From Octopus vulgaris (lineage: Eukaryota), in NCBI GenBank assembly GCA_951406725.2, contig OX597826.1, forward strand, positions 27,528,001 to 27,592,000: DNA of 64,000 nucleotides. The letters run 5' to 3'. Numbering within the stretch: position 1 is the first letter of the stretch; each line of letters opens with the position of its first letter. Position numbers and translations under genes: made by a program. Positions 1 through 14,431 of the stretch are shown piece by piece. The notes beneath the pieces are model-generated. The model searched no databases. It worked only from the letters and a program-made list of their open reading frames with translations, and was not told where the DNA came from.

Positions 1-461
1 GCAAACACCCACTTGACATCATGTATTGTATCTCCTGAAGATGCGTAATAAATGCTTCGTAAACCTTCTCAGATAAAGATAGATTCGTAATAGCATCATT
101 TGAAATATCTTACACTGCCATCACTTAGAAAGTTACCAGTTTTCGTTTCATACTATCGTCACAGTTAATGACAAGATGCCAATCGTTTTTCTTATCTCTG
201 TTTAAAAGTTGTTGATTATTATATGAAAACATTTGGTTCTAGAAAAACGAAAGAATTCATTGAAAAGAATTTTTTTGTCCACCTTCTCCGCGATACGTAC
301 TTCTTCTTCCAATTCGGTATTAACATATAAAATGAAAATGTATACGCTAAAATAATAACTGAGAAACCTGTTAAAATAAATATCAATTTTGATTTACCTG
401 ACACACGAGCATTTCGGCTTCGTTTCACTGTATGAAACAAATATATTTCGGACGTGTAGTT

Positions 462-960
462 ACGTGTGATGAAAAATGGATTCTTTTCAAAAATAGCAAG
501 CGTTCTACACGGTAGTTGGACAGAAACGAAGTGCCAAAACAATATCCTAAAAATATTATTCACCAAAAAAGCTAATGGTGTATGTTTGGTGATCCGGCTC
601 CGGTGTCATCCACTACAGCTTCATGAGACTTGGTATGTCAATTACAGTGGATGTATACATCAACTAACTGGATGAAATGGGGAATGAACTTGCAATTAAA
701 CAACCGAGATTGCTCAATAGAGACAAGCTAATTCTCTTGCAAGACAATGCTCGACTACATGTTGCCCCAAAACGCTACTCAAGTTACAGGAACTGAACTT
801 GGAAGTCAACTGACTATCACGTTTTCCTGGCATTAGACAACTTTTTGCAAGGAAAAAACTTCAAATCTGAACAAGATACAAAAACAGCCATTCGGGATTT
901 CATCACCCCTTGCTATCCAAAATTCTTCGCTACCAACAAAAATAAAATAAACTTTCAGTT
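462..960 (+). mobile_element. Decayed mariner transposase fragment (catalytic domain)
   Basis: Frameshifted or stopped translation gives TCDEKWILF (462), KKLMVYVW*SGSGVIHYSF, KQPRLLNRDKLILLQDNARLHVA and DYHVFLALDNFLQGKNF, which are mariner DD34D motifs. Confidence 0.85.
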
Positions 961-988
961 CAAAATCGGACATTGCATTTTTAATGAC

Positions 989-1062
<74 letters not shown>

Positions 1063-1651
1063 TATTCGATGGGTTTCATTCAGTTTCCGTCTTCCAAGTC
1101 GGCTTAGTCCACTCTTGCGCCCGAACGATAGAAGATGAAAAGTATTGAGTATTAATTTTTGTTAAATATCAGACACACAACAACGTACGTCATAATCAAA
1201 TTCTTCGATGTCTTCTTTTGATGTCTTCTTCACTTGCCCTTTTGAAGGTACAGATGTGTAAACAAATTTAGTGGCAGAAAAATGCTTTAAAATAATTTTG
1301 ATACATTTGAAAATATTTTAGATATTTCAAAATATTTTTTAATATATTAGTTTCTGAAGATCTACTTGAATCAGTGAAAGCAGAGATATTGCAACAAGAA
1401 AATAATAGTTCTTTTTAGGAATAATGAATATCGAAGCAGATAAATTTATATATCATTGGGTGCAAACATTGCGTTAAATAAAAGGCCCACTGGAGAGAAA
1501 AAGTGGAAGGCAGCTCGTCAGAAACGAACGATATCTTTTGAAAACATGACACGCGTTCGGTCATTATAGCTTTATATGCTTCGAGATTCACAGCTGAAAG
1601 AAAGAATCACATCACCTTCTCGAAGTTTCTCAATCTTTACGTCGTCAACAA

Positions 1652-2408
1652 TAATCCTTTTTAATATAGGCACAAGGCCTGAAATTTGAGGGCGGGAGAT
1701 AGTCGATTACATCGACCTCGATGTTCAACTGGTACCTAATTTATCGACCCCCGAAAGGGTGAAATATAAAAGTCGACCTGGGCGGAATTTGAACTCACAG
1801 TTTAGCGACAGGCGACATACCTATTTCTTTATTACCCACAAGGGGCTAAACACAGAGGAGACAAACAAGGACAGACAGACGGATTAAGTCGATTATATCG
1901 ACCTCAGTGCGTAACTGGTACTTAATTTATCGACCCCGAAAGGATGAAAGGCAAAGTCGATCTCGGCAGAATTTGAACTCAGAACGTAGCGGCAGACGAA
2001 ATACCTATTTCTTTACTACCGACAAGGGGCTAAACACAGAGGGGACAAACAAGGACAGACAAAGAGATTAAGTCGATTACATCGACCCTAGTGCGTAATG
2101 GTACTTATTTAATCGACCCTGAAAGGATGCAAGGCAAAGTCGATCCCGGCGGAATTTGAACACAGAACGTAACGGCAGACGAAATACCTATTTCTATTTC
2201 TTTATTACCCACAAGGGGCTAAACATAGAGGGGACAAACAAGGACAGACAGAGGTATTAAGCCGATTACATCGACCCCAGTGCGTAACTGGTACTTAATT
2301 TATCAACCCCGAAAGGATGAAAGGCAAAGTCGACCTCGGCGGAATTTGAATTCACAACGTAATAACAGATGAAATACCGCTAAGCATTTCGTCCAGCTCA
2401 CCGTCTTA
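1652..2408 (-). mobile_element. tRNA-derived SINE family A with about 4 tandem internal units of ~183 bp
   Basis: Repeated unit ...cgaccccgaaaggatgaaaggcaaagtcgacctcggcggaatttgaactcagaacg...; B-box GAGTTCAAATTCC on the minus strand; head-like sequence only at ~2370-2408. Confidence 0.85.
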
Positions 2409-2458
2409 CGTCATCTACAATAATAATGACAGCATTGATCTTGACTCAAATCATGAGT

Positions 2459-2745
2459 GAAGGCACGCGGTTTAGTGTTTAGGTTACTCAGTTTGCGATT
2501 TTGAGGCCGTGAGTTCGATTCTCAGTTCACTCAGCTGGCAAAAATGAGTTGTACCTGTATTTATGGTATTCCAAAGGGCCAATCTTCCCTGTAACTTTCT
2601 GTGTCACACTGAATCTTCCGCGAGATCTACGTTAATATTATTCACCTTTGTGAAGGACTCACCCACTTGCACTTCAATTTCACGGGCAGGCTATTTTGTT
2701 GGTCGAATTAACTTGATCTCACATCGTCGTAACCGACGGAGTGCT
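2459..2745 (+). mobile_element. tRNA-derived SINE family C, diverged
   Basis: tRNA-like head (gtgagttcgattctc B-box) and 3' part ...cgtcgtaaccgacggagtgc shared with the copy at 31283-31677. Confidence 0.7.
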
Positions 2746-3226
2746 AGTTCCTTCTTTCAGGCATAATTGTTATGGTGATGGTGGTTTAATCCATTGCTTC
2801 ACTCCCCTATAAATAAACAAAATAAATAAACTACCATTTTCAGTGCCTAAGTTGACGCTTGCATTCATGAAACTGAAAATCTAACAGAATTTCTGCTGTA
2901 GTTACTCTTTTAGTTATGGTTATCATTGTTGCCGTTGTTGTTGCTGTTGTTGTTGTTTATCGTATTGTTCTTGTCGGCAACGGCATCGTTGTCGAATGAG
3001 ATGAGCAAATGAGTGACGAAACCTGTCACCCGTGACTGGGAAGATGGCGGACAACGGGTCCATAATGAAATCCGTAGGAAACACCCACACATACATAAGT
3101 ATCTACAAACCCATACACACAGAATAGAGTCAAAGAAACACAGACGCACAGACAGATGTGTGTATATATGCATTTAAGAATGCTTAGATGAGCGTGAATA
3201 TATATGTATATATATATATAAGTATA

Positions 3227-3276
<50 letters not shown>

Positions 3277-3306
3277 AATATATATATATATATGAGTGTG
3301 CGTGTG

Positions 3307-3364
<58 letters not shown>

Positions 3365-3484
3365 CATGCATTAATTTTGTTATACATATTTTCATAGACA
3401 CTCATTGTGTGTTCTTCATACTTTTGTATTTTCTGTTTTGTTTTATTTGTTGCTCTTTGCGATTCCTTTTTTTGTTTCTACGTC

Positions 3485-3504
3485 AGTTATTATTATTGAT
3501 ACTA

Positions 3505-3548
<44 letters not shown>

Positions 3549-3621
3549 GTCATTAATATTATTATTAGTAGTAATAGTAGTAGTAGTAGTCGTATCATTA
3601 TTATCATTATAATTATTATTA

Positions 3622-3652
<31 letters not shown>

Positions 3653-3682
3653 CATTATTATTATCAATATTATTATTATTAC

Positions 3683-3742
<60 letters not shown>

Positions 3743-3860
3743 CATTATTATTATTATTATTATTATTATCATTATTATTATCATTGTTATCATTATCATT
3801 ATTATTATTATCATTATTATTATTATTATTATCATTATTATTATTATTATTATTATTATC

Positions 3861-3910
<50 letters not shown>

Positions 3911-3950
3911 CATTATTGTTATTGCTATTGTTGTTGTTGTTATTTCCATT
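3485..3950. repeat. (ATT)n microsatellite, imperfect
   Basis: Directly visible trinucleotide run. Confidence 0.95.
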
Positions 3951-4269
3951 GTCTTCATCGTCGTCGCCCTCTTCCTCATCACCCGTGACGTCTTGTTGTT
4001 ATCGGTGTCGCCATCACTGTTGTTGTTGTTGTTGATACTGGTGGTGTTTTATAACTTATGACCCTGTTTTAGCAGCATGCCCGGCATCGGGCTTGCCGTC
4101 TACCGTGTCATTAGTCTGAAGAACACCAATAAAACTTGTAGGAATTTGCTCGCCTCATCGATGAACCGTGAAATTGCAAAGTTTCCATGAAGGACGGTTT
4201 GGAGAAGAGAGACACAGAAAAAGCGAAGTGGTGGCAGCGGTGTTTGGGAGGGGGGTTGCTAAAGATGAT

Positions 4270-6060
4270 GTGGCGATGGTGGTAGTGAGGGTGGTGGTGG
4301 TGGTGGTGGTGGTGGTGGTGGTGATGGTGGTAATGCTTGCGACAGTGCTCCTAATGATGGTGGTGATGGTGGCGATGGTGGTGGTAGTGTTGGTGTCGGT
4401 GGCGGCGGCGGCGGCGGTGGTGGTGGTGGTGGTGGTAATGCTTGCGACATCTAGCGATGGTGGTGATGATGGTGTTATGACGGTGAAATAGTGGCTGGTA
4501 GTGATGGTGATGATGGTGTTGGTGGTGGTGATGCTGCTGCTGCAGCTGGTGATGGTTCTGGTGGTCGTGATAGTCGTAGTAGTGATAATGGTGGTAGTGA
4601 TCGTAGCTGCAATTGCGGTATTGATGGTGAGGCTGCTGATGGTGGTGGTAGTGGTTGTGGTGGTTGTGTCATCACGGTGATATTGATGGTGGTGGCGATG
4701 GTGGTCGTAGTGAAGGCAATGGTAGAGATGGTGGTGGTGGTGGTGGGGCAGCGATGGTGGTTCCGTGATGATAATGGTTGTGGTGGTGAGATGGATGTGG
4801 TAATAAAGGCAGTGGTACAGATGGTGGTGGTGGTGGTGTTGGTAACGGTGGCGCGATAATGGTGATGTGGGTGCTGGTGTGTGAGTGTGGTTGTCTCGTC
4901 GTTATGGTCAGTGTTATTGCTGTTGTTGCTTGTACTGATGGTGATGATGATGGTGGTGATGGTGGTGGTTCTAGTGAAAATGTTGCTAGGAAATGGTGAT
5001 GGTGTTGGCAGTACAGGTGATGATGATGATGATGGTGATGTTAGTGGCAATAATGGTGATGGTGATGGCGGTGGTGGTGGTGGTGGCGGTGGTTGTTCTA
5101 GTGTAAATGTTAGTGCTAGCAAATGTTGATGGTCATGGCGGTGGTGATGGTGGCGCTGGTGGCAGTGATGATGCTGGTGGTCTTCTTTGTGCGGTGGTTG
5201 TGGTGGTGGTGGTGGTGATGATTGTGTCATCAATGGTTATGGTGGATGGGGTGTATGGATAGGAAGGGTGTGCCGGGGGGGGGGGGTTAGCGATAAATAA
5301 GTTCAGTCGCTGAGTTGAGATAAGAAAACAATTTACCAAAACCGAGCAATAAAAGCTGAGTTATTCTCCACAGCCCTCTCCTCCTCTTCACACTCTTCCT
5401 CCGTATCACCATCATCATCATCATCACCGTTATCACCATCACCATCACTATCATCCCCATCATCATCATCATCATTATCACCATTACCATCATCATCACC
5501 GTCACCAACATCAGCCTCACCGTCATCAATGCCACGACGACGACGACGACCACCACCACCACCACTATAATCATCATCATCATCATTATAAACAATAACA
5601 AAAACAACAATATCATGATGATCGTGATCATCATCCTCAGCCTCACCTTCGCCGTCTTCTTCGTTGTCGTCCTCTCCGTCGTCATCATAATCATGAAAAC
5701 TCATTGATTTTGTCATCACTTATATCGTCGTCATTACATCATTAACAACAACAACACCACCACCACCATCATCGTCATCATCACCACCACCACCACTACG
5801 ACGACCATCATGATCATCATCACCATCATCATTATCATCGTCATCATGACCATCATCATCATCATCATGACCACCACCATCATCATCATCATGACTAAAA
5901 CCACCAACACCACCACCACCACCACCATCATCATCATCATCGCCATCATCATTATCATCGTCATCATGACCTTCATCATCAGCATTATCATCGTCATCAT
6001 CATCATCATCATCATCTTAATCAGCCTTTTCATCGTCAACCATTACACCATCATCGTCAT
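4270..6060. repeat. Compound GGT/GAT then CAT/CAC low-complexity trinucleotide region
   Basis: Visible imperfect triplet repeats; strand polarity switches around 5230-5400. Confidence 0.9.
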
Positions 6061-7007
6061 AATTAACAGCTCTATGTAGAGAGCTAACTGGTGTGTGTGT
6101 TTTTCCCATATCTGACAGAAATAGCAGCCAATAGCCACTGGGATGAATTTCAACATTCATAGAAGAGGATCGGACATGAAGTATTGCTGTCTTCTGAGAA
6201 TTGTAAGCAGGAATAAGAAGAGATGGTCACGGCTTGAACTTCCTTTTATCATGTTTTCCTTCATGGGGAGTGACCTGAGGTTAAACAACGATAGTAGTAA
6301 TAACGACAGCAACAACAATAACAATAATATCAGCGACAGAAGCAAGTACTACAACAACGCCAATGAGAATACCAACAGCAATAACAACAACAACAACAAT
6401 GCTAATACCGATAATCGCAGCGACAACAACAAAATGTTAATGAGAGCAGCAACCACAATAACTACAACAACGGCCCACGACAAGTGCAACATCCTTATCG
6501 TTATGACAAACAACAACAGCAACAGTGACAACATCAGTAACAACAACAACAACAAAATCTTTTATCGTTGTTCTAATCCACATTCTTATTTTGATCACGA
6601 TAATCATTAGAGTTATCTTTCTCATCGCCAGCAACCTTTCAACAACATCAAACCTTCATAGCCTACTTGCTCCATACACACGCACACACACACATATGCA
6701 CAATTACAATCACACGCACACACATAAAGTGACGCGCATATACACTGAAACATGGACATAAAGAGGAACAGTAACGTTTTATCGGATTCGAATTAATTTA
6801 TTTCTTACACCACAGTCTTGAGTTCAATTACGGATAATGTCGTTAATACATTCTTAATATCCCAGGGCACTAAGAAGTATTTGTATTCATCGATAGTCCG
6901 GTATTAACTATTGCCAGCTGGCTGAATCGTTAAAACGTAGAACGAGATTTTCGTTTTTGGGTTTGGTTTGCAAGATTCTTTATATGAGTGTGTGTTGAAA
7001 CATATAC

Positions 7008-7240
7008 TGTGGTGTCAGGGGAGAGTCATTTTCTTTTGCTTTTTTGCCTTATGATGTAACACACTCACCGTTAAAATTTCCACTTATTTCTTATTTTTAT
7101 TTTCCAAAAATTTTCTTTGCGTCTTGCAACCTTTTCAATAGTCAAAAATAAGAAATAAGTGGAAATTTTAACGGTGAGCGTGTTACATTATATGGCAAAA
7201 AAAAAAAAAAAACAGAAAAGGACTCTCCCCAGACACAACA
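7008..7240. repeat. Inverted repeat (~90-bp arms), probable Penelope-like terminal fragment
   Basis: 7008-7098 is the reverse complement of 7144-7240 (e.g. cactcaccgttaaaatttccacttatttcttattttt / aaaaataagaaataagtggaaattttaacggtgagcg). Confidence 0.85.
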
Positions 7241-7644
7241 TAATAGAATGAGATATCATACATTAATTCTGTCGTTATTTTTCATTTATTTTCGTTTTGA
7301 ATACTTGAGGCATTTTCTTTTTATACTTAGGGCATTTCTAGCTTAAAGGACTACAAAAACAAAACGGAATAAACGGGTCTACAAATTCAAAACATAGCGA
7401 CTGACAGCAAGTTGAATGACTGTCATAGACCATAGCAAAACAAGACATTGGTTGTGAGAACCAGAAAGCAGCGTTCTAAATAAGTTATTTGAATAGAATT
7501 TTTTTTTCTTCAACTATACTATTTTTTTTTCTTCTACTTACATTTTTGTCGAGTGAGGTTCAAATCGATTATATCGAAGCCAATGTTATATTGTTGCTTG
7601 TTGTATCGCTGCCGAATAGATGAAAAGCAATATCACTCAAAATG

Positions 7645-8070
7645 GACGAAATGCCGCTAAGTATTTAGCGCGGTGTGCTAACGGTTCTTATTTCTTTATT
7701 GCCCACAAAGAGCTAAACATAGAGGGGACAAACAAGGACAGATAAAGGAAGATACATCGTCCTCAGTGCGTAACAGGTACTCAATTTATCGACCCCAAAA
7801 GATGCAAGGCAAAGTCGACCTCGGTGGAATTCGAACTCAATGTAACGGAAGTCGAAATACCTATTTCTTTACTACCTACAAGGGGCTAAACACAGAGAGG
7901 ACAAACAAGGACAGAAAAACGGATTAAGTCCATTATATCGACCCCAATGCGTAACTGGTACTTATTTAATCGACTCCGAAAGGATGAAAGGCAAAGTCGA
8001 CCTCGGCAGAATTTGAACTCAGAACGTAGCGGCAGACGGTGTGCTAACGGTTCTGTCAGTTCGTCACCTT
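7645..8070 (-). mobile_element. SINE family A, two tandem units plus fragments
   Basis: Same core and B-box as 1652-2408. Confidence 0.8.
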
Positions 8071-8805
8071 ACACGCAGAATACATCGGATGCCAGATATG
8101 AATTATATGACGAAAAGCGCATGGTCGTCAAGACTGAATGTGTAAATGATTAAGGTTTCTGGCAAAACGTCCGTTGGGTCGACCTAGGACTAACTAACAA
8201 AAGCAAAGACTGTAAAACTTAAAACTACAACAAACAAACAATCGCTACGGGCAACCATAATGCTGACTTCATCGATACTAAATGTTGGTTAAGTGTCAAA
8301 CCGTCGTTCTAAGAAACCGGCAGCATTATAATCCCAAACACTTAACCTTTTGCTAAATTTTATCCCGAATTTATTCCAGGATTTATCGATCTTTTATTCA
8401 CGACAAATATTGGTTTGACTGATATTTTTTTGCAAACTAATACGAACACACAAAATTGCACAAGCATGTATACATATATATATAGAGAGAGAGAGAGACA
8501 CACACACATGTGTATACATGTATATATGTATACTTATATATACGTTTATACATATTATATATGTGTGTATATATACATATATTTGGATGCATCTATATAT
8601 GTATATGTATGTGTGTGTATGTGTGTGTGTATTTTGTGTACGTTTAATTTTTGCTTTGCCCTCAGCCAATCTCTTTCTTTCTCTGACTCTCTCTCTTTCT
8701 CTGTCTCTCTGTCTCTCTGTCTCTCTCTTTTTCTGTCTGTCTCTATATCTCTTTCGCTTTCTATCTCTCTCTCTCCCATTCTCTCTCTCTCTCCCTCCCT
8801 CTAAA

Positions 8806-8880
<75 letters not shown>

Positions 8881-9099
8881 CTGTCAATATTATGTTGGAA
8901 TCAAAGTTTTAAATATTTCCATTCTTTAGGAAACGGTTGTTTGTTTGTATAATCCCTGCCTGGATCCGGGATTTCCTTTCTGTTATTCCAACTGGAAACT
9001 GAAACCCAACCCCGATTTTTATTATTACTTTCATCCACGGTAATCACATCGATAACAAAGCACTTCCGGTTTCGCCTATCGTATAACACACGCACACAA

Positions 9100-9247
<148 letters not shown>

Positions 9248-9570
9248 TATATATATACATATATAATTATATATATGTACGTATAAGCACGTATATGTAT
9301 AGTTATATGAACGTATTTATGTACAGTTTGACTTTCTCTTTTTCTCTGTCTCTGTCTGACTGGCTGTCTGTCTATCTGTCCCACCTCTCTCGCTCTCTCT
9401 ATCTCTGAATATGTGTTTTGTTATCCAAAGTACATCCGTTACAGAATCATGCATGGAATTCCTTATTTCTTTTGTAAGACAGAAAGTAAATATTGATGAT
9501 GATAATGCTGACGATGATGATGATAAGGAGGAGGAGGAGGGGAGGAGGAGACAATGACAACGGCGTCCAC

Positions 9571-9621
<51 letters not shown>

Positions 9622-9795
9622 CATTATTATTATTATTATTATTACTATTATTGCTATTGTTGTTGTTTTGTTGTTACTACGATTTCAATTGTGGGGGCTT
9701 GTTATAAATTGAAGCAGAAAAATACGAAAATAAAAAAATTTCTCATGTAATAAAATAAATATTACCTCATCTACACACACACGCACACACACACT

Positions 9796-9836
<41 letters not shown>

Positions 9837-10454
9837 ACACACACTCATACGCGCTGAGTCTTTCAATTTGTAAACCTTACCCTCATTTTTCATTATTATT
9901 CGTACAAATACGGGTATTATGAGAGACGGAGACAAACACACACAGATATTCATACACATGCACGAACACACACACACACGCACCCGCACATACACTCACA
10001 CACATTTATATATACACTGACGTGGATTCACACACGCATACACAAACACAGATACAAGCGCACACATGCAACATTCAACTCACTGAAAATCGAATTAACA
10101 CATTGACACATTTTGCTTTCTAGCCCTTCACGCACACGTTACTCACCACACACACACACACAAATGCAAGCACACCCACACACACATATTCTCTCACTCA
10201 CACACACACACATATATACACACACGTATACAACTCCACACGTAAACACTCACAGGCGTACACATATAACTCTCAACACATCTCAAACAAACCGAATGAC
10301 AGTTTCATCACACACCTTCACATATCGTACATATACAAACACACACACACACACACACACACGCATACACACACACACGCATACAAACACACGTACACGC
10401 AAGCACACATGCAATCAGTCACAGACAGACACAGCCTCACGACTGTAAACACTA

Positions 10455-10486
<32 letters not shown>

Positions 10487-11193
10487 CCTGTTATTCTCTC
10501 AGTCTCTTGTTTTATCACCGATCTCCCTATAATTGTCTTCATTATTCTCTCTTCTGACGTAAATAAGTATGCACAATATCACACGGCGGTCATATAAACA
10601 CAAAAGTTACACCTAAAAATAAGAACAAGATAAATATATAAGCCACCGTCTCAAAATACGACAATCTTGCATTGAATTACGCACACAAACACACAATCCT
10701 GTGTCGTTCTATCTCTAACGGACACAGGACAGAGAGACCTCATCTTCCTCTCTCTCTCTCTCATTATTCCTGTCTTCCTCTCCCCCCTCTCTCTCTCTCT
10801 CAAACTATTCTCTTTATTGCAACAAGAACACACGTAGGCACTAATCAAAACATTCCCCATCATCTCAGAGAAAGAAAAATGGGTGTGTTTAGGTAAATAA
10901 CAGTAGAAAATTCAAATAGAAAGAATAGAGGTGGACCAACACAAAGAAAGGCATGCGTACAGATATACATAGATACACGACAATCTTTACTTTATCTCTC
11001 GCTCTCCTTATTTGACGCTCTCTTCTTGCTCTCCTATTTTTCGTATCACTCTTTATTAAAAATCTCTCGTATCTTCATTTCTCTTTGTCGTACTTAAACG
11101 TCTACGTATCCATTCTATTTCTCTGTTTCTGAAATTATGCGCTCACACACATATATACATAGAAATAGCTATTCATTTCTATCTATCTGTCTT

Positions 11194-11224
<31 letters not shown>

Positions 11225-11297
11225 CTATCTAGCTATCTATCTATCTACCTATCTCTCTATATGTCTGTATGTCTGCCTATCTATCTCTCTATCTCTA

Positions 11298-11328
<31 letters not shown>

Positions 11329-11471
11329 TATATCTATCTATCTATCTATCAATTAATATATCTAAATATCTATCTATCTATCTCTTTGTCTATCTATCTG
11401 TCTGTCTGTCTATCTATCTAACTATCTGTCTGTCAGTATATTTGCTCTAGCTCATCTTTTTATTATAATTA

Positions 11472-11539
<68 letters not shown>

Positions 11540-11557
11540 GTTATTATTATTATTATT

Positions 11558-11910
11558 GAGTGAGAGAGCAGTTCATGCCATCAAAGTGACACTGGGGTAA
11601 AATATACGAAGCCCAATATATCCATCATGACTACTCGTCTGATAAGGGTACACCAGGCACATGCAGCACAACCATATATGCATGACATGGTGATCTCATA
11701 TCAAGATAAACAGCACATGACCTTGCAGGTGGGGCCCAGTTAGAATTTTCTTCAGGTTGAGTAGCCCATCCCGCTCAAAAGGTCCCTGAATAAGGGTTGT
11801 TTAAGGATGTTGAAAGAACCACCTATGTTTCCAGAGGTGAACCATTCAAACTCCAAAGAATCCCTCTCAACACATGGCCATGATGCTCCCCCACTACTTC
11901 TGCTCAGCTG
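11558..11910 (-). mobile_element. Interspersed retroposon 3' end with (TAA)n tail
   Basis: A near-identical second copy lies at 45143-45393; both abut an (ATT)n run on the same side, as expected for a LINE or SINE tail. Confidence 0.7.
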
Positions 11911-12012
11911 GTTACGGTCAAACTATTGACAAGCAAATCTGTGGTATTGAGCAGAATATTTGCTGTAGCCCATCTTTTATTATTATCATTATTGTTATTA
12001 TTATTATTATTA

Positions 12013-12079
<67 letters not shown>

Positions 12080-12090
12080 CATTATTATTA

Positions 12091-12178
<88 letters not shown>

Positions 12179-12249
12179 CGTTATTATTATTGCTGTTGTT
12201 GATGTTGTTGTTGTCGTTCTTCTTCATTTTATTTCAACAATTTTCTAGT

Positions 12250-12360
12250 TTCGTCGAGGTCGACTTTGCCTTTCCTCCTTTCGGGGTCGATTAAATAAGT
12301 ACCATTTACGCGCTGGGTTCGATGTAATCGACTTAAAGCCTTTCCCCAAGCTACCCTTAT
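12250..12360 (+). mobile_element. SINE family A fragment
   Basis: Core gaggtcgactttgcctttcctcctttcggggtcgattaaataagtacca. Confidence 0.75.
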
Positions 12361-12414
12361 GGAAAAAATTTAAAGTCATCCTTCACCCTTGTGGCAAATG
12401 AATGAAATCATTTT

Positions 12415-12760
12415 ATTATTATTACATGTTTGACTTCACTTTCTATTTGGATAAGTTGACTCTGAGTTTCACCCAGAGACCTCAAGAGACAAGTTAGAAA
12501 TTCAACTTGGTATTATGCCTGGGGTGTCATATATTTGGTTTCGCACATAGTATTTGTTGTAGAGAATGTTTAAGAAACCATAAGAAAATTATAAGTTTGT
12601 TTTAAAATTTGAGAATAAATAGTCAGTATTTTACGTGGGATATAGGCAGTTCTCATGAGCTTTACCTTTTGAATTGCTGCCAATTGGGGCGTCCTGGTAT
12701 CTGAGCGAGGTAGCAATCAGCCCCTTCTGCTATCATTCCTAGGGCACATATGACAAATTA
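12415..12760 (-). mobile_element. R4/Dong-like (RLE-type) LINE 3' end remnant
   Basis: The minus strand reads FVICALGMIAEGADCYLAQIPGRP, resembling the PIVIGALG... C-terminus of RLE LINEs, followed by a UTR and a short TAA tail. Confidence 0.6.
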
Positions 12761-12773
12761 ATATTATTATTGA

Positions 12774-12837
<64 letters not shown>

Positions 12838-13332
12838 GTTATTATTATTACTACTACTACTATTATTATTATTATTATTATTTGATCAGCGTGGTACGGT
12901 CCACTGCCTCCACGTCTGCCTCCATAATCTGCTTAAACGTCTCTCTATCTTCATTTTCTTCAGTGTCACTCTTTCATTCTATTTAAATGTTATAATCTAA
13001 AATGTGATCAGTTGATTTAAAATTTCGTCTACTTTAAATGATTTCTTTTAACTCGTTGTGATATGTAGCCATTTATTACCAATTTGCATTTTTGCTGATT
13101 TGCATATGTGCATTTTTCAAGGAAATATATGCACAAGGAATGGCATCATATGACACCATATATATATATATATATATATACAATCTACGAAAAAGAACAC
13201 ACACACACATTCATGCACACATACACAAATATATGCTTATTCTAACAAAACAGAGGCCCATGTATACAGTTATTCAACGCAGTCAGTGAGGTATACGAAG
13301 AAAGAAATATATATATATAAATATATATATAT

Positions 13333-13397
<65 letters not shown>

Positions 13398-13506
13398 TAT
13401 TGAAAAACAAAACATGACAAAACATAACAAAATAAAACATAATGTTTTGATTTTGAAATGCAAACTATACAAATAAATAAACAAATGATGATAATAACCA
13501 TAGCAC

Positions 13507-13578
<72 letters not shown>

Positions 13579-13589
13579 AGATGATAATG

Positions 13590-13672
<83 letters not shown>

Positions 13673-14179
13673 CATGAAGAACATATATACATTTACACCA
13701 CTTCCAATGAAAAGAAAAAGAAAACGAAAAGATAAAACCATCATGGGAACCTACAACTTTTTTCAGTCTGTGAACGGATGTATTCTAGTGGAACGGAAAT
13801 TAGGTGATTCTGTAAAATCTGATCCGGAACAAAATTTCTACGCTTAGAACATATTTTTAGATTAGATAGAAGCTTAGTTAGAAAACTATGAAAGATAAAT
13901 AAATAAATAAATAAATAAAAAAAATTAAATATAAAAATAACAAATCAAAACACAAATATTTCTACTTGTTATTAGTATCGTTGTTGTTATAATCATTCTT
14001 CTTCTTCTTCTTCTTCTTCTTCTTCTTCTTCTTCTTCTTCTTCTTCTTCTTCTTCTTCTTCTTCTTCTTTTTCTGCTCCTTCTTCTTCTTCTTCTTCTTC
14101 TTCTTCTTCTTCTTCTTCTTCTTCTTCTTCTTCTTCTTCTTCTTCTTCTGCTCCTCCTTGTCCTTCTTCTTCTTCTTAC

Positions 14180-14266
<87 letters not shown>

Positions 14267-14386
14267 CATTATTATTATTATTATCATTATTATTATTACT
14301 GTTGCTGTAGTGGTTATTATTATAATGTACCCCACCCCATCTTATTCCTCTGTGGCAAATAAAAGAAATCATTATTATTATTATTA

Positions 14387-14430
<44 letters not shown>
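13507..14430. repeat. Cluster of (TAA)n, (CTT)n and (ATT)n microsatellites
   Basis: Visible runs at 13507-13672, 13997-14178 and 14180-14430. Confidence 0.95.

Positions 14431-14431
<1 letters not shown>

Noticed and set aside
30-110. CTGAAGA motifs at 35 (and similarly at 1354) as hammerheads
   Set aside because: I could not build consistent stems II/III and a cleavage triplet.
1652-2408. Regularly spaced repeats as a CRISPR array or tRNA gene cluster
   Set aside because: The whole ~183-bp unit is repeated and dispersed elsewhere as a SINE; there is no full cloverleaf.
3026-6079. Poly-I, poly-P, poly-D and Gly-rich ORFs
   Set aside because: They arise from triplet repeats lacking stop codons; there is no evidence of coding constraint.
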